A stretch of 50,537 bases of DNA from Oscillospiraceae bacterium (GCA_009785875.1 WQUF01000185.1:1-50537), one strand, 5' to 3'; counted from the stretch's first letter, positions 28,701 through 36,945 are shown. Notes: generated by a model from the sequence alone, not told the origin. Program-made: numbers and translations.

Positions 28701-30845
28701 GTAATTCAGGGAGCGCAAGCAGCTCAAATAATCGTTCCTGTAATGGCAAAAGAAGAAACTAAGGGTAGTCTATATGGTTCAATTAAAAAGAATCTTAAAG
28801 AGCAGTTTTCTCGTAATCCATCGCTTGAACTTGCTATGTATAGGCTTGGTTCAAGCAAAATAATTTTTACGATGAATAAAGCTGGCATAGTAGGACTTAA
28901 AGATAATGGTCAGGAGCGTGGTTTATTCAAGTCTGATGAAGAATTGAAAAAGTATATAGACCGTGCGGTTTTAGGTAAGGTTCCTGTCTTTTACAAAGTA
29001 GGAAATGTCTTTGATGTAAAAGATGTATGTATACCTGAATACTTGTGGCTAAAGAATGGGTTTACTAAAGATGAAATCGCACTTGATAATAACGATAAGC
29101 CAATCAAGAACAAGCATGGAGAAACAAAAATAATAAACACACCTGAAAGACAAGCTCGTTATCAGGAAATTTTGGATAATAGAATTGTGGTTCAAGACCC
29201 AGAAAAAATGAAAATACTTTTTGATGCTTGTGTCAGTGTGAGTGAAAGAAACGGTGTAAAAGTTTTCCTCAAGGATAAAGATTCAGATGATACACTTAAA
29301 GACGGAGCGAAAGGCTATTTTCATAAAAAAAATAAGGATATAGTAGTTGACAAAGACCTTGAAATAACTGAAAAGTGTGCGGTTATGTTTCATGAAATGG
29401 GGCATTCGGATTTACATAAAAATCTTGAAAAACTTGCACAGCAAATGGGGATAGATAAAATAACCCAAAGCATGAGAGAAGTGCAAGCTGAGTCAGTTGC
29501 TTACTGCACAGCATCAAATTTTGGAATAGAAACAGATACAAGCAGTTTTGCGTATCTTGCGCTTTATTCAAAAGGATTTGAACTTCAAGATTTTCAGAAA
29601 AGCCTTGAAGTTATACATAAAGAATGTACTAATCTTACAGCAGATATAAAAGCTGAACTAGATTTAAGGGGGCTTAACCTTGATTTAACTCCAAAAGTAA
29701 GCGAATCCCTTGAACCTGATACAAAAAAAGCATTTATAAAAAGCTATGTTGAGTTTGTTTTAGAGCAGGAAGCAATTTATGATTCAGCTATGAAAGAATT
29801 ACCGACTTTGCTAACCCAAAGTCAAAATAATCAAGGTTTAATTGACGTTTTAAAAGAACAAAAAAACAATCTTGACATCAGAAAAGAAGATTTAGATAGT
29901 ATCAAAGATTCTGTAAAAGAACTAACTAAAGCAGTTAGTCGTTCACTGCAAAGTAATATTATTAGCGATATTAATAACGCAATGAGTCGTATTAATGAAC
30001 GTAGTGATGATTTTGAAAAACTCACTGAACGTTTCATATCATTAAATCAAGATAAAGATTCTCTAAGAGAAGAATATACTAAAAACCCATATGAAACTTT
30101 GGAAAAATTGAAAACTGTTTATCCAAGATTAAATGATTTGACAGAATTTCAAATGAGATATATTTCAAAAAGCATATATATATCTTATGAATATGGGAAA
30201 CTACTGAATACTAAACCAGAAGAATTCATTAATAAAGCTTGTGACCGTGCGGATATTATAGGGAATTATTCATCGAAAAATGGTACATTCATTGAAATAA
30301 CTGGATGTGAGAAATGGACTGATAAGCCAGTTTTTGAAGACGGCGCAATTTTACATCCGAAGGTTTGCGATACAATAATGAAAAAAAGAGAGATTGAGAT
30401 AAGAGAAATAAAAGCTGAGGAAGAAAAAAAAGGGGGTTATCATCCTTATACTCAATGCTCCCTTATTGTTTTTACTCCTACAGAAGTTAAAAATGGTCTG
30501 TCTGCTCTCTACACTCATGTAAATATCGGAAGTGGCAATCAAGAAGGTTTAAAAGAGCATTTACAGAGCTGTTGTTCCCGTGGGCAAGAAAAGCATGAGA
30601 TTTATGCTAAATACGAGGATTCTTTAAAAGAAAGAGCCTCAATGAAAAAAATTTATCTCCCTTCTGCTAATTCACATGGAGATGAAAATGAAATAAAGAA
30701 GAACAATAATTATACGAATATGAAGGATTTGGGGAAAAAAATTTCTAATGAAAAAAACTTAGCGTCACAAAGACAAGAGAGTGACAAAAATTCAAAAAGT
30801 GATATCCATAAAATTAGCCGTCAAAAAAATCAAGAGATTAATTAA
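25752..30845 (+). CDS. Large polyvalent protein: putative ART-like N-terminal domain, duplicated ~150-aa domain, kinase-like segment, ArdC (ssDNA-binding N domain + HExxH metalloprotease), unknown C-terminal third
   Basis: ArdC-N pattern KYSFNNTILVWLQKRDASYVMGYEDWKKFGRNV (about 28600..28710). Zincin motif HEMGH (29391..29405) followed by EVQAESVAYC. N-terminus LLVFYHGTPYGTYNEFYAGTHFT resembles ART-PolyVal-type domains (low confidence). Confidence 0.8.
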   Translation: MNNISIEQEDYFQNSVMRDPQGNLLVFYHGTPYGTYNEFYAGTHFTRNKEYADRYQNPSASSNVKSMRNEELTPKTYAVYLNITKPFDTRFTKERDIFYNEYLGKYSASTAGLSKNGFPDWTESENLLEFFEKKEYDYDGLILDEGSDGGYEFDVSNRGFSYVIRYPNEAKDIENLKPTLANEFNEESTHREFENLLNVLSQSEKFNAVYSYENRYENEVSLNPITTYDEVAQKVTFKDEVLRSNNAEKLKTILDTAYQHAMNEWNLQNGTISFNDVNKVDLMLHINRLSEGQLSSLNRTQIETALKRISTPVENRPRDIDINFLRNRLNVALDRLNYLDRDYRLDKLYSQTEKFEAVYEYEKKYGKNYNTITTYDEYLDRISFKKNIEIIHTIEGLQEILDNAYNVAVSDKELLNGTNKFEDASLRDLAFHIMRLSDDELTNLDKEKLHTAYERLNAPIDRRLLLEFDINNVVKRLNSTLGFETIGSGSMGAVIKYGDKVYKNLRENEAEVYTALQNVEGIAKGEVALLNGVLKIKTDYYDKIISTDDIRSNMRQNETIRNIIKENYERIINAVSNLSSQGYSYSDPLQFGYSIKTGKLDLLDFSNAYIPEISFGQSSIDQAFEDNFLYLRNYFSAFGREDLAQISSSATAFERISKLDNHTLQLMDDKLGLEFKRAVGDTKLNNIYFSYSARTVGIKDAYQFYDDEIKKNFVFSERQLSQRDILEWELNPVKITFESENHEKVRKESELRIANAMEVYREMPSNENKIDVAIESTNEYAEDNFHRDLIDIDVQNEDGSYGKVVDLYRVVYVNENLAFTPIFQNVFKSEEEARRSIAQKDNLNLVPYDNLVNETLKKQMELKKVVESTNEANHESVKQVELDDSQKNNEAQDNPNKVRNKKESLQEVQESDSEKSKKDVLLEKIQTGVKSVLESENLKNYLNTSSKLFKNKYSFNNTILVWLQKRDASYVMGYEDWKKFGRNVIQGAQAAQIIVPVMAKEETKGSLYGSIKKNLKEQFSRNPSLELAMYRLGSSKIIFTMNKAGIVGLKDNGQERGLFKSDEELKKYIDRAVLGKVPVFYKVGNVFDVKDVCIPEYLWLKNGFTKDEIALDNNDKPIKNKHGETKIINTPERQARYQEILDNRIVVQDPEKMKILFDACVSVSERNGVKVFLKDKDSDDTLKDGAKGYFHKKNKDIVVDKDLEITEKCAVMFHEMGHSDLHKNLEKLAQQMGIDKITQSMREVQAESVAYCTASNFGIETDTSSFAYLALYSKGFELQDFQKSLEVIHKECTNLTADIKAELDLRGLNLDLTPKVSESLEPDTKKAFIKSYVEFVLEQEAIYDSAMKELPTLLTQSQNNQGLIDVLKEQKNNLDIRKEDLDSIKDSVKELTKAVSRSLQSNIISDINNAMSRINERSDDFEKLTERFISLNQDKDSLREEYTKNPYETLEKLKTVYPRLNDLTEFQMRYISKSIYISYEYGKLLNTKPEEFINKACDRADIIGNYSSKNGTFIEITGCEKWTDKPVFEDGAILHPKVCDTIMKKREIEIREIKAEEEKKGGYHPYTQCSLIVFTPTEVKNGLSALYTHVNIGSGNQEGLKEHLQSCCSRGQEKHEIYAKYEDSLKERASMKKIYLPSANSHGDENEIKKNNNYTNMKDLGKKISNEKNLASQRQESDKNSKSDIHKISRQKNQEIN
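26315..26329. repeat. Dispersed palindrome copy 7, AACTCAC-C-GTGAGTT (inside the polyvalent protein gene)
   Basis: Read directly. In frame it encodes S-T-H-R-E-F at the start of the first copy of the duplicated domain. Confidence 0.95.
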
Positions 30846-30866
30846 TTTAATTGGGAGGATTTAATC

Positions 30867-31082
30867 ATGGAACTATCTTGTATTTTAACTGGAATATGCA
30901 GAAGACAAGAAACTAGTAAAAGTAAAGCGGTATTAGAATATGATTTAGATGATGAAATCATATTAGAACCATTAAAACCAATTGCAATAATAATGGATGA
31001 TGAGCTTATAAAACGTAGGGACAATGAAATTATAAGAAAAAAATACAATATAAAAGAAACTAAAACTGCGACGATTTTATAA
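30867..31082 (+). CDS. Hypothetical 71-aa protein
   Basis: ATG 7 nt after GGGAGGA. No family recognised. Confidence 0.5.
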   Translation: MELSCILTGICRRQETSKSKAVLEYDLDDEIILEPLKPIAIIMDDELIKRRDNEIIRKKYNIKETKTATIL

Positions 31083-31282
31083 CTCCTATCCTATAGTCTA
31101 TAGGGTAGGGGATAGGTTTGGTTTTTCTCACTATTTTAATATTATCTAGTATCCATCCCTTTTTATCTCTACCGATAACTTATGCATTGTAAATTTATAA
31201 TACATTAGGTGTACATTATGCTATAATAATAATCGTATATGCTTGAGATAAAAGGGGATGAAATTTGAAATGATTGATAATA

Positions 31283-31307
31283 GAATGCGTAACCGCAATA
31301 CGCATTC
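31283..31307. promoter_or_regulatory. Inverted repeat upstream of the wHTH gene (candidate operator)
   Basis: GAATGCGTA (31283..31291) and TACGCATTC (31299..31307), 7-nt spacer, 21 nt before ATG 31329. Confidence 0.35.
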
Positions 31308-31328
31308 AGGTTTTGACACGGTGATAGA

Positions 31329-31646
31329 ATGCTTTTAACAGAAACAGAAATTCTTTTACGTCTTAATAAGACTGCCAAAGAGAAAAACATAAATTTGACT
31401 TATTCTCAAAAGCTCTTTTTTTTAAGATTATTGAACTATATGGTATCTAACAAGTTAGAGGATTATACTATAACTATGGCAATTGAGAATATGGCTAAGA
31501 CTCTTAATTTCTCGAAAAGTACCGTGGCAGTCGGTCTTATTAGACTTGAAGCTTGTGGGGCTATTATGCGGATGGTCGGAGCAAGTCAATTTCAAAGGAA
31601 ACCCTATACGATTATATTAAATAATAAAATTATTGAACAGGAGTAA
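31329..31646 (+). CDS. Small winged-helix/HTH DNA-binding protein
   Basis: IENMAKTLNFSKSTVAVGLIRLEACGAIMR fits a wHTH recognition-helix pattern. 105 aa. Confidence 0.5.
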   Translation: MLLTETEILLRLNKTAKEKNINLTYSQKLFFLRLLNYMVSNKLEDYTITMAIENMAKTLNFSKSTVAVGLIRLEACGAIMRMVGASQFQRKPYTIILNNKIIEQE

Positions 31647-31651
31647 TTGTT

Positions 31652-31945
31652 ATGAAAACAGAAAAATTCATTGATTTATTAAATGCTGATGAATGTATCG
31701 TAATCAATAGTATATCGAAGGATATTCTGCCCTCAGAGTTCACAAGAAATAGACTTTTGGAACATATCCAATTTATCATAAATATGAGTACAGATAAATT
31801 AGTCTTAGACCTTGCAGATGGGCTTAAAGAAAAAGTGTTAGAAATCACAGATGATGAGTGGAATGATATTAAGAAAAAAATACCGTTTTCTACCCCTTAT
31901 GGAGAGGATTGCGATAGGGTACCTGAACCTGATGATTATGTATAA
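31652..31945 (+). CDS. Small acidic hypothetical protein (97 aa)
   Basis: AGGAG 9 nt upstream of the ATG. By my count 22 D/E versus 12 K/R. Starts 5 nt after the wHTH gene. Confidence 0.55.
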   Translation: MKTEKFIDLLNADECIVINSISKDILPSEFTRNRLLEHIQFIINMSTDKLVLDLADGLKEKVLEITDDEWNDIKKKIPFSTPYGEDCDRVPEPDDYV

Positions 31946-31959
31946 GGATTACCTTATAT

Positions 31960-31974
31960 AACTCACCGTGAGTT
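31960..31974. repeat. Dispersed palindrome copy 8, AACTCAC-C-GTGAGTT
   Basis: Read directly. 14 nt after stop 31945. Confidence 0.95.
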
Positions 31975-31993
31975 TTTATATGTAGCTAAGGGC

Positions 31994-32030
31994 TGAGATA
32001 GGCAAAGTGCGCCTATCTCAACCCTTTTCT
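31994..32030 (+). terminator. Rho-independent terminator
   Basis: TGAGATAGGC (31994..32003) pairs with GCCTATCTCA (32011..32020). 7-nt loop, then CCCTTTTCT. A second hairpin (T-run CGGT ... ACCG A-run) follows at about 32066..32096. Confidence 0.6.
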
Positions 32031-32207
32031 AATTTTACTTATTATGTGACGCTATCAAAACAGAATTTTTTTTCGGTACACTACACCGAAAAAAATTTCA
32101 ATTTTGACAGCGGTAGGGCTATCAGCAAAGGTATATTTGTCTTTTCGTTTATTTCTATATAGAAAAAATATATATGTCAATTAAGAAATAAGATAATAAT
32201 TTTATAC

Positions 32208-32236
32208 TTGACATTATATATACATTTTAGTATAAT
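32208..32236 (+). promoter_or_regulatory. Conserved promoter cassette P1
   Basis: TTGACA (32208..32213), 17-nt spacer TTATATATACATTTTAG, TATAAT (32231..32236). 39 nt before the PRTase-like gene. Confidence 0.65.
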
Positions 32237-32275
32237 GAATAAGAAATGAGGATGTTATCTATATTTTGAGGATGA

Positions 32276-32998
32276 ATGGTAGTGTCATATCCAGATGTAA
32301 TGCAATTAACTACTATTACAAAGATGAAAAAACATCCTGATTATAAAAATGCAAAATCAGGCGATGTGAGTTCATCTTATCGGCTGGTTCGTGATTTATT
32401 GAGTGGAAAAAATCAAATCCAGAAAATTAATTATATAGCTGAAAATTTTCAAAATGCAATTTTACTTGGTGTTTATGCATCGGAGCAAATGGGAAAAAAT
32501 AAGATTCCTCACGCCCTTGTAGCTATCATTGGTGAAATGACTGGACTTGAAACGGAAGCTAGGATAGTACAATCAAATGAAGTGGGGCATACTGGATCGG
32601 ACGCTATACATCGTTTAGCCTATCGTGCGAAGTTTACAGGCGATGTTAAACAAGGTAGGAACTATATTCTTACAGACGATGTAATCACATCAGGTTCGAC
32701 TTTAAGTGAGTTAAGGTGTTATATAGAAGATAATGGCGGTAGAGTTGTCCTTTTTTTAACTGCCGGAGCAGCACAGTTTAGTACCAACATAAAGTTATCA
32801 GATGAAACGAGGTTTAAATTAATCGATAAATATGGTATACTTGAGATACAAAAATTACTAAAGGAGCTGGACATCTATGGTGGAGCCTTTGAGTTTCTCA
32901 CAGAATCAGAAGGAAGAACCTTATTGGGAGCAGGGACGACAATTGACACCGCTAGAAATAGAATCATTGAAGCAAGAATCAGTGGACGCTATAAATGA
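32276..32998 (+). CDS. Type I phosphoribosyltransferase-fold protein (orphan, ComF-like PRT domain)
   Basis: PRPP-binding loop YILTDDVITSGSTLSEL. The start could be ATG 32276 or GTG 32282 (GAGGA at 32268..32272). Confidence 0.65.
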   Translation: MVVSYPDVMQLTTITKMKKHPDYKNAKSGDVSSSYRLVRDLLSGKNQIQKINYIAENFQNAILLGVYASEQMGKNKIPHALVAIIGEMTGLETEARIVQSNEVGHTGSDAIHRLAYRAKFTGDVKQGRNYILTDDVITSGSTLSELRCYIEDNGGRVVLFLTAGAAQFSTNIKLSDETRFKLIDKYGILEIQKLLKELDIYGGAFEFLTESEGRTLLGAGTTIDTARNRIIEARISGRYK

Positions 32999-33221
32999 AA
33001 TATCTGAATTATGGAGAGCGGAAAAAATAGAAAAAGTCAAATGCTGTTCTACCTGTAATTTTCATGAAAAGGAAGGAGGAGATAAGGTTTCATATGGCAG
33101 TACGGTAATAGTAACGCCAGAATATAGTAACTGTAATTGTCCAAATATTGACTCAGATTATTTTGAAAAAATGGACGACGAAGGGAAAACATGTATTTAT
33201 TACATTATTTCTGAAAAGTAG
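32877..33221 (+). CDS. Cys-rich small protein overlapping the 3' end of the PRTase-like gene
   Basis: ATG 10 nt after AAGGAG (32861..32866). CCSTCNFH ... CNCPN ... C suggests a metal-binding module. Overlaps the upstream gene by 122 nt in another frame. Confidence 0.45.
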   Translation: MVEPLSFSQNQKEEPYWEQGRQLTPLEIESLKQESVDAINEISELWRAEKIEKVKCCSTCNFHEKEGGDKVSYGSTVIVTPEYSNCNCPNIDSDYFEKMDDEGKTCIYYIISEK

Positions 33222-33545
33222 CAAACATATAACTATATATTAGTAAAATGGTATAATATGGTGAATTGTAAGTTCACTTTTATTTTATTGCTATAAAAAA
33301 CACTGGGCTATAGATATTGTTACAATATCTGTAATTGAATTAGCTACAGCAAGGGAAAATGAAAATTATGATAAGAATAAACCAGATATGAAAACGTTTA
33401 CTAAAAATGCATTGGAATGTATATGCTCGATAGATGATGGTGTAAGTATAATGTATTTTTTTTGAGATTAAATGCGGACTTTAAGTTCGCATTTTTATTT
33501 TGTCATCCATAGTTCATATGGTATGTGTAAGATAAAATCAGAAAG

Positions 33546-33560
33546 AACTCACCGTGAGTT
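33546..33560. repeat. Dispersed palindrome copy 9, AACTCAC-C-GTGAGTT
   Basis: Read directly. Lies in the 680-bp intergenic region 33222..33900. Confidence 0.95.
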
Positions 33561-33800
33561 AAATCTAAAAAATATCTTAAAAAATGCACACAAAAATTTA
33601 TGTTTATATTTTAAGTATAGACAGATTTAAAAATGTTTATACATAATAAACTGAAATATTATATAAATATTATACATATTCACGAAAATATATGAGTTAG
33701 CCTATGCATGGTATGAAAGAAAAATATTAAAAGAGTTAGAGTATCCTTAAAAATACAAAAAGAGTATGAATTTTTTTGTAAATTTGTGTTTTAGTATCAT

Positions 33801-33829
33801 TTGACAAACGATAGGTAGTGATTTAAAAT
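33801..33829 (+). promoter_or_regulatory. Sigma-70 promoter of the RHH-coiled-coil gene
   Basis: TTGACA (33801..33806), 17-nt spacer, TAAAAT (33824..33829). Confidence 0.55.
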
Positions 33830-33918
33830 GTATACAAGAAATAAGTATGTATACATATAGTAATCATATTGATTTTACAATGTATACATAGATTAATTTA
33901 TGCTAAATAATGTATACA
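33829..33918. promoter_or_regulatory. Array of four TGTATACA palindromic boxes (candidate operators)
   Basis: TGTATACA at 33829..33836, 33848..33855, 33881..33888 and 33911..33918. Boxes 2-4 extend to ATGTATACAT. They lie between the -10 element and the RBS of the 33936 gene. Confidence 0.6.
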
Positions 33919-33935
33919 TGAAAAGGAGAGCCATT

Positions 33936-34916
33936 ATGGATGATGTTATTACCATCAGAACGAATGATGAGGCTAAAGCAAGGTTTAAAGAATTCGTAAA
34001 ACAGGGAGATTTTCGCAATCAAGATGAATTATTTAAGCATTTACTTACACTTTATGAAATGCAGGAAACAGGCTTTCGGGTGTCTTCTTTAGAAAAAGCT
34101 GTAAGTGCTGTTAATGAATTGTCTGATAGGATTGCAAAAATAATTATAGGCGTTGGCAACATAACCCTTGTTAATGAGGAAAAACTATTAGAAGAAAAGA
34201 ATAAGATAAGGACAGAAGCCGAAGATAAAATACAGGGTATTACATCCGAATATGAAAAGGTTAAACTCGAAGTTGAAACAAAAGAAGGAATTATAAAAGA
34301 TATACAGGAAAAATATAATAAATCCCAAGAGCAAATAAAAAGCATAAATCTTTCTCTGGTTGATAAATCAGCTTTAAATGACCAATATTACTTGCGTATA
34401 ACAAATTTGGAAACTGAAATAAACAAAAATAAAATTCTTGTAGAAGGTGCAAATGATAAATTAGCGGAATTTTCAAAACTTCATCAAGATTTCAAAGAGC
34501 AATCAATTTTGCTTGCACAAAAAGATATAGAAAAAGAAAAAGCTATTATAGAGATTTCTGATAGTTTTAAAGATGAGATTGATAAACTGAAAAGTGAAAA
34601 CCTAAAAGAATTGGAAAAGCTTCGCTATGATATTCAGGAACAATCTATTAAACTCACACAAAAAGATTTAGAGATGGAAAAAGCTTTAATGGAACAAGAA
34701 AAATTATTGAGGCAAGAGAATAATGAACTAGAAAAATTATTGAGGCAAGAGAATAATGAACTTAAAAATGAGCTTACAAGGGTAACTACTGATTACGAGA
34801 GAAAACTCATTGAAAAGGATAAAGAGTCAATAGAGAGAGAAAAGAAATTTATGAGTGAAATAAATGCAGAACGTGAAACTATTCAGTCAGAGATATTGAG
34901 TAAAACAAAAAAATGA
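33936..34916 (+). CDS. Ribbon-helix-helix N-terminal domain + long coiled-coil protein (KfrA-like architecture)
   Basis: ATG 33936 after AAAGGAGAG. N-terminus MDDVITIRTNDEAKARFKEFV fits an RHH beta-strand plus helix. About 270 aa of heptad-like K/E/L sequence, including a 33-bp tandem duplication (34698..34730 and 34731..34763). Confidence 0.6.
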   Translation: MDDVITIRTNDEAKARFKEFVKQGDFRNQDELFKHLLTLYEMQETGFRVSSLEKAVSAVNELSDRIAKIIIGVGNITLVNEEKLLEEKNKIRTEAEDKIQGITSEYEKVKLEVETKEGIIKDIQEKYNKSQEQIKSINLSLVDKSALNDQYYLRITNLETEINKNKILVEGANDKLAEFSKLHQDFKEQSILLAQKDIEKEKAIIEISDSFKDEIDKLKSENLKELEKLRYDIQEQSIKLTQKDLEMEKALMEQEKLLRQENNELEKLLRQENNELKNELTRVTTDYERKLIEKDKESIEREKKFMSEINAERETIQSEILSKTKK

Positions 34917-35251
34917 TTCATAGCTTAAAAAGTTCAAAAAATCTTAAAAACATGAGTAAAAAAATCATGTATTTAATAGATTGCTGTTAAATGCGTGTAA
35001 TGCGCTCGTATTTGCATTTTTCTCTATAGAGGTATAAAACCATTACAAAGGTGATTAGAATGCAATACAGGGCAGATATAAAGGTGTGTTTTTTAATTCA
35101 GTTCTTTGCCATATCTGGTACATTTGATTTTGATTTTGCTCAAATTTAATAGGGTTGTAAAAGTATATAAAAAGACCTTTTATATATTTTACCCATTAAA
35201 TTTAACTATACTAGTTATAATATGATATTTATTAGTTTGGGAGTGAAACAA

Positions 35252-35467
35252 ATGATAAAAAAAACGATAAAAAAACCTCCAAAGTTCGTACAGACCTATA
35301 TTGAACAAGCTGTTATTCATAATAGAAAAGCTCAAAGATATAAAGAAAAGCTCAAAGGATGGTTAAAAGTTAATGAAATTAACGTTGATATTAGCGAACT
35401 AGAATCTGCACTAACTTATGAAATGGTAATTACTATTCTTAATAAAATTAGGCAATCAATACAATAG
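35252..35467 (+). CDS. Hypothetical 71-aa basic protein
   Basis: ATG 35252 after GGGAGTG. The ORF-track start 35222 lacks an RBS. Confidence 0.45.
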   Translation: MIKKTIKKPPKFVQTYIEQAVIHNRKAQRYKEKLKGWLKVNEINVDISELESALTYEMVITILNKIRQSIQ

Positions 35468-35557
35468 AACATCCTGTGGTTATAAAAGGAAATGATAAGT
35501 CACTTTATTTGTGTTAAAATAAAAGAGAGTTCAGCTTATATATGGGAGGAAAGATTT

Positions 35558-36118
35558 ATGAATGAAGAAAATATCTTGAGTTTTTTAGATGAATATGGAA
35601 ATGAAAAAAAATTCAACATTTTATCACAATACACCGTAGGTACTCAAAGCTATATAGCTCTGAAAAGGTACGATGGCGGTGTCGATATTGAAATCTATCG
35701 TGCATTTGAACGTGATGGGCTGAACATTGAACTGAGCTGTATAAAATCTGATTCAGAGCTTGAAGAAGCAAAGAGGGGTTTCTATAAAAACTTCAAAGGG
35801 TCATTTAGTATAAACTCAAAACCGCCCGAGTACATAATTGATGAGTCAGCAGAGCCAGATCCAGCTACGGTAATTTCAATAACCGATAATGAAGGCAAAA
35901 ATCACGAATGTCAAATTATTCTTACCTTTACATTCAATAATAAAGATTATATTGCATTAATGCCGTTAGAGACTAAGCAAGATGAATCAATGAATATAAA
36001 TCTTTATGAGTATGAAACCTCTTTTTTGGATAGTGAATATAATCGGTTATCTTTAAGTGAAATTCCTACATATGCATATGATGATGTATGCGCTTATTTC
36101 ATGGAACAAATTGCTTGA
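35558..36118 (+). CDS. Tandem DUF1292-like protein
   Basis: ATG 35558 after GGGAGGA. Two copies of the DUF1292-like pattern (LSFLDEYGNEKKFNILSQYTVGTQSYIALKR and ISITDNEGKNHECQIILTFTFNNKDYIALMP). Confidence 0.55.
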   Translation: MNEENILSFLDEYGNEKKFNILSQYTVGTQSYIALKRYDGGVDIEIYRAFERDGLNIELSCIKSDSELEEAKRGFYKNFKGSFSINSKPPEYIIDESAEPDPATVISITDNEGKNHECQIILTFTFNNKDYIALMPLETKQDESMNINLYEYETSFLDSEYNRLSLSEIPTYAYDDVCAYFMEQIA

Positions 36119-36168
36119 TAAAGAGTATATATTATTAATTTTGCTCGTGCGCCATTGCCTAAAAAAAT

Positions 36169-36202
36169 AAGAGACTGATTTTCATTATCAGTTTCTTTTT
36201 TT
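36169..36202 (+). terminator. Rho-independent terminator
   Basis: AAGAGACTGAT (36169..36179) pairs with ATCAGTTTCTT (36187..36197) with one mismatch, then a T-run. Confidence 0.55.
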
Positions 36203-36209
36203 ATATGTG

Positions 36210-36238
36210 TTACATATGAAATGTGTTATATTTATTAT
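36210..36238 (+). promoter_or_regulatory. Candidate sigma-70 promoter
   Basis: TTACAT (36210..36215), 17-nt spacer, TATTAT (36233..36238). Confidence 0.4.
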
Positions 36239-36290
36239 AGTAATATTAAGATTTTAGCTTGGAGAATCAATAAAAAGGAGTATCTTATAT

Positions 36291-36911
36291 ATGGAAATTG
36301 ACACGATATCATATATTAACGAACATGTAAATAGTATAACTTTAGGAAAATTGTATTTTTTTGATTATAAAGACTGTTGTACGATACCTGTTATAAGACT
36401 TGATAATAAGAATTGGTTTATTGGATTAGGAATCGCATTAAAACTAAACTGTTGTGATATTTATTATAGCTCTGAATTTTTACCAAATTATGTTAAGAGT
36501 TGCAACATAGGTAAATACAAAATACCAAAGGAACATTCCCAGAAAAGCTATATATTTGGATTTGCAGAGATTGACTGTCCATTTACAGTTACAGCACAGA
36601 ACTTTTATAAAATGGAAAGATTTATAACTATTATAAATGAAGATGGAGTTTTGGATTTAGTACAACACTCTGAGAAGCCAAGTAAAATAAAAAATGATTT
36701 TTTTGACTGGATACATGGTTTAGCTCATTTAACAGATGGTACGGTTGGTGGTTTTTCTGATTTATTAGATTGTTCAATAGCTAGAGGCTATCCTTTAGAT
36801 GAATTGGAATATAACTTGTATTCTCAGCCATATGTAGCGAGAGATTTTTTTGAAGATTTAGAAAAATATAAAGGGTCTATGTATGGTCAACTGTATAATA
36901 GTTATGAATAA
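36291..36911 (+). CDS. BRO-N-like domain protein
   Basis: IPVIRLDNKNWFIGLGIALKL ... RFITIINEDGVLDLVQHSEKPSKIKNDFFDWI follows the BRO-N (phage/plasmid DNA-binding) pattern. Confidence 0.5.
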   Translation: MEIDTISYINEHVNSITLGKLYFFDYKDCCTIPVIRLDNKNWFIGLGIALKLNCCDIYYSSEFLPNYVKSCNIGKYKIPKEHSQKSYIFGFAEIDCPFTVTAQNFYKMERFITIINEDGVLDLVQHSEKPSKIKNDFFDWIHGLAHLTDGTVGGFSDLLDCSIARGYPLDELEYNLYSQPYVARDFFEDLEKYKGSMYGQLYNSYE

Positions 36912-36914
36912 TAT

Positions 36915-36945
36915 AAGGCTTTGACTTATATCAGAGCCTTTTTTA
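36915..36945 (+). terminator. Rho-independent terminator
   Basis: AAGGCTTTGA (36915..36924) pairs with TCAGAGCCTT (36931..36940) with one mismatch, then a T-run. Confidence 0.55.
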
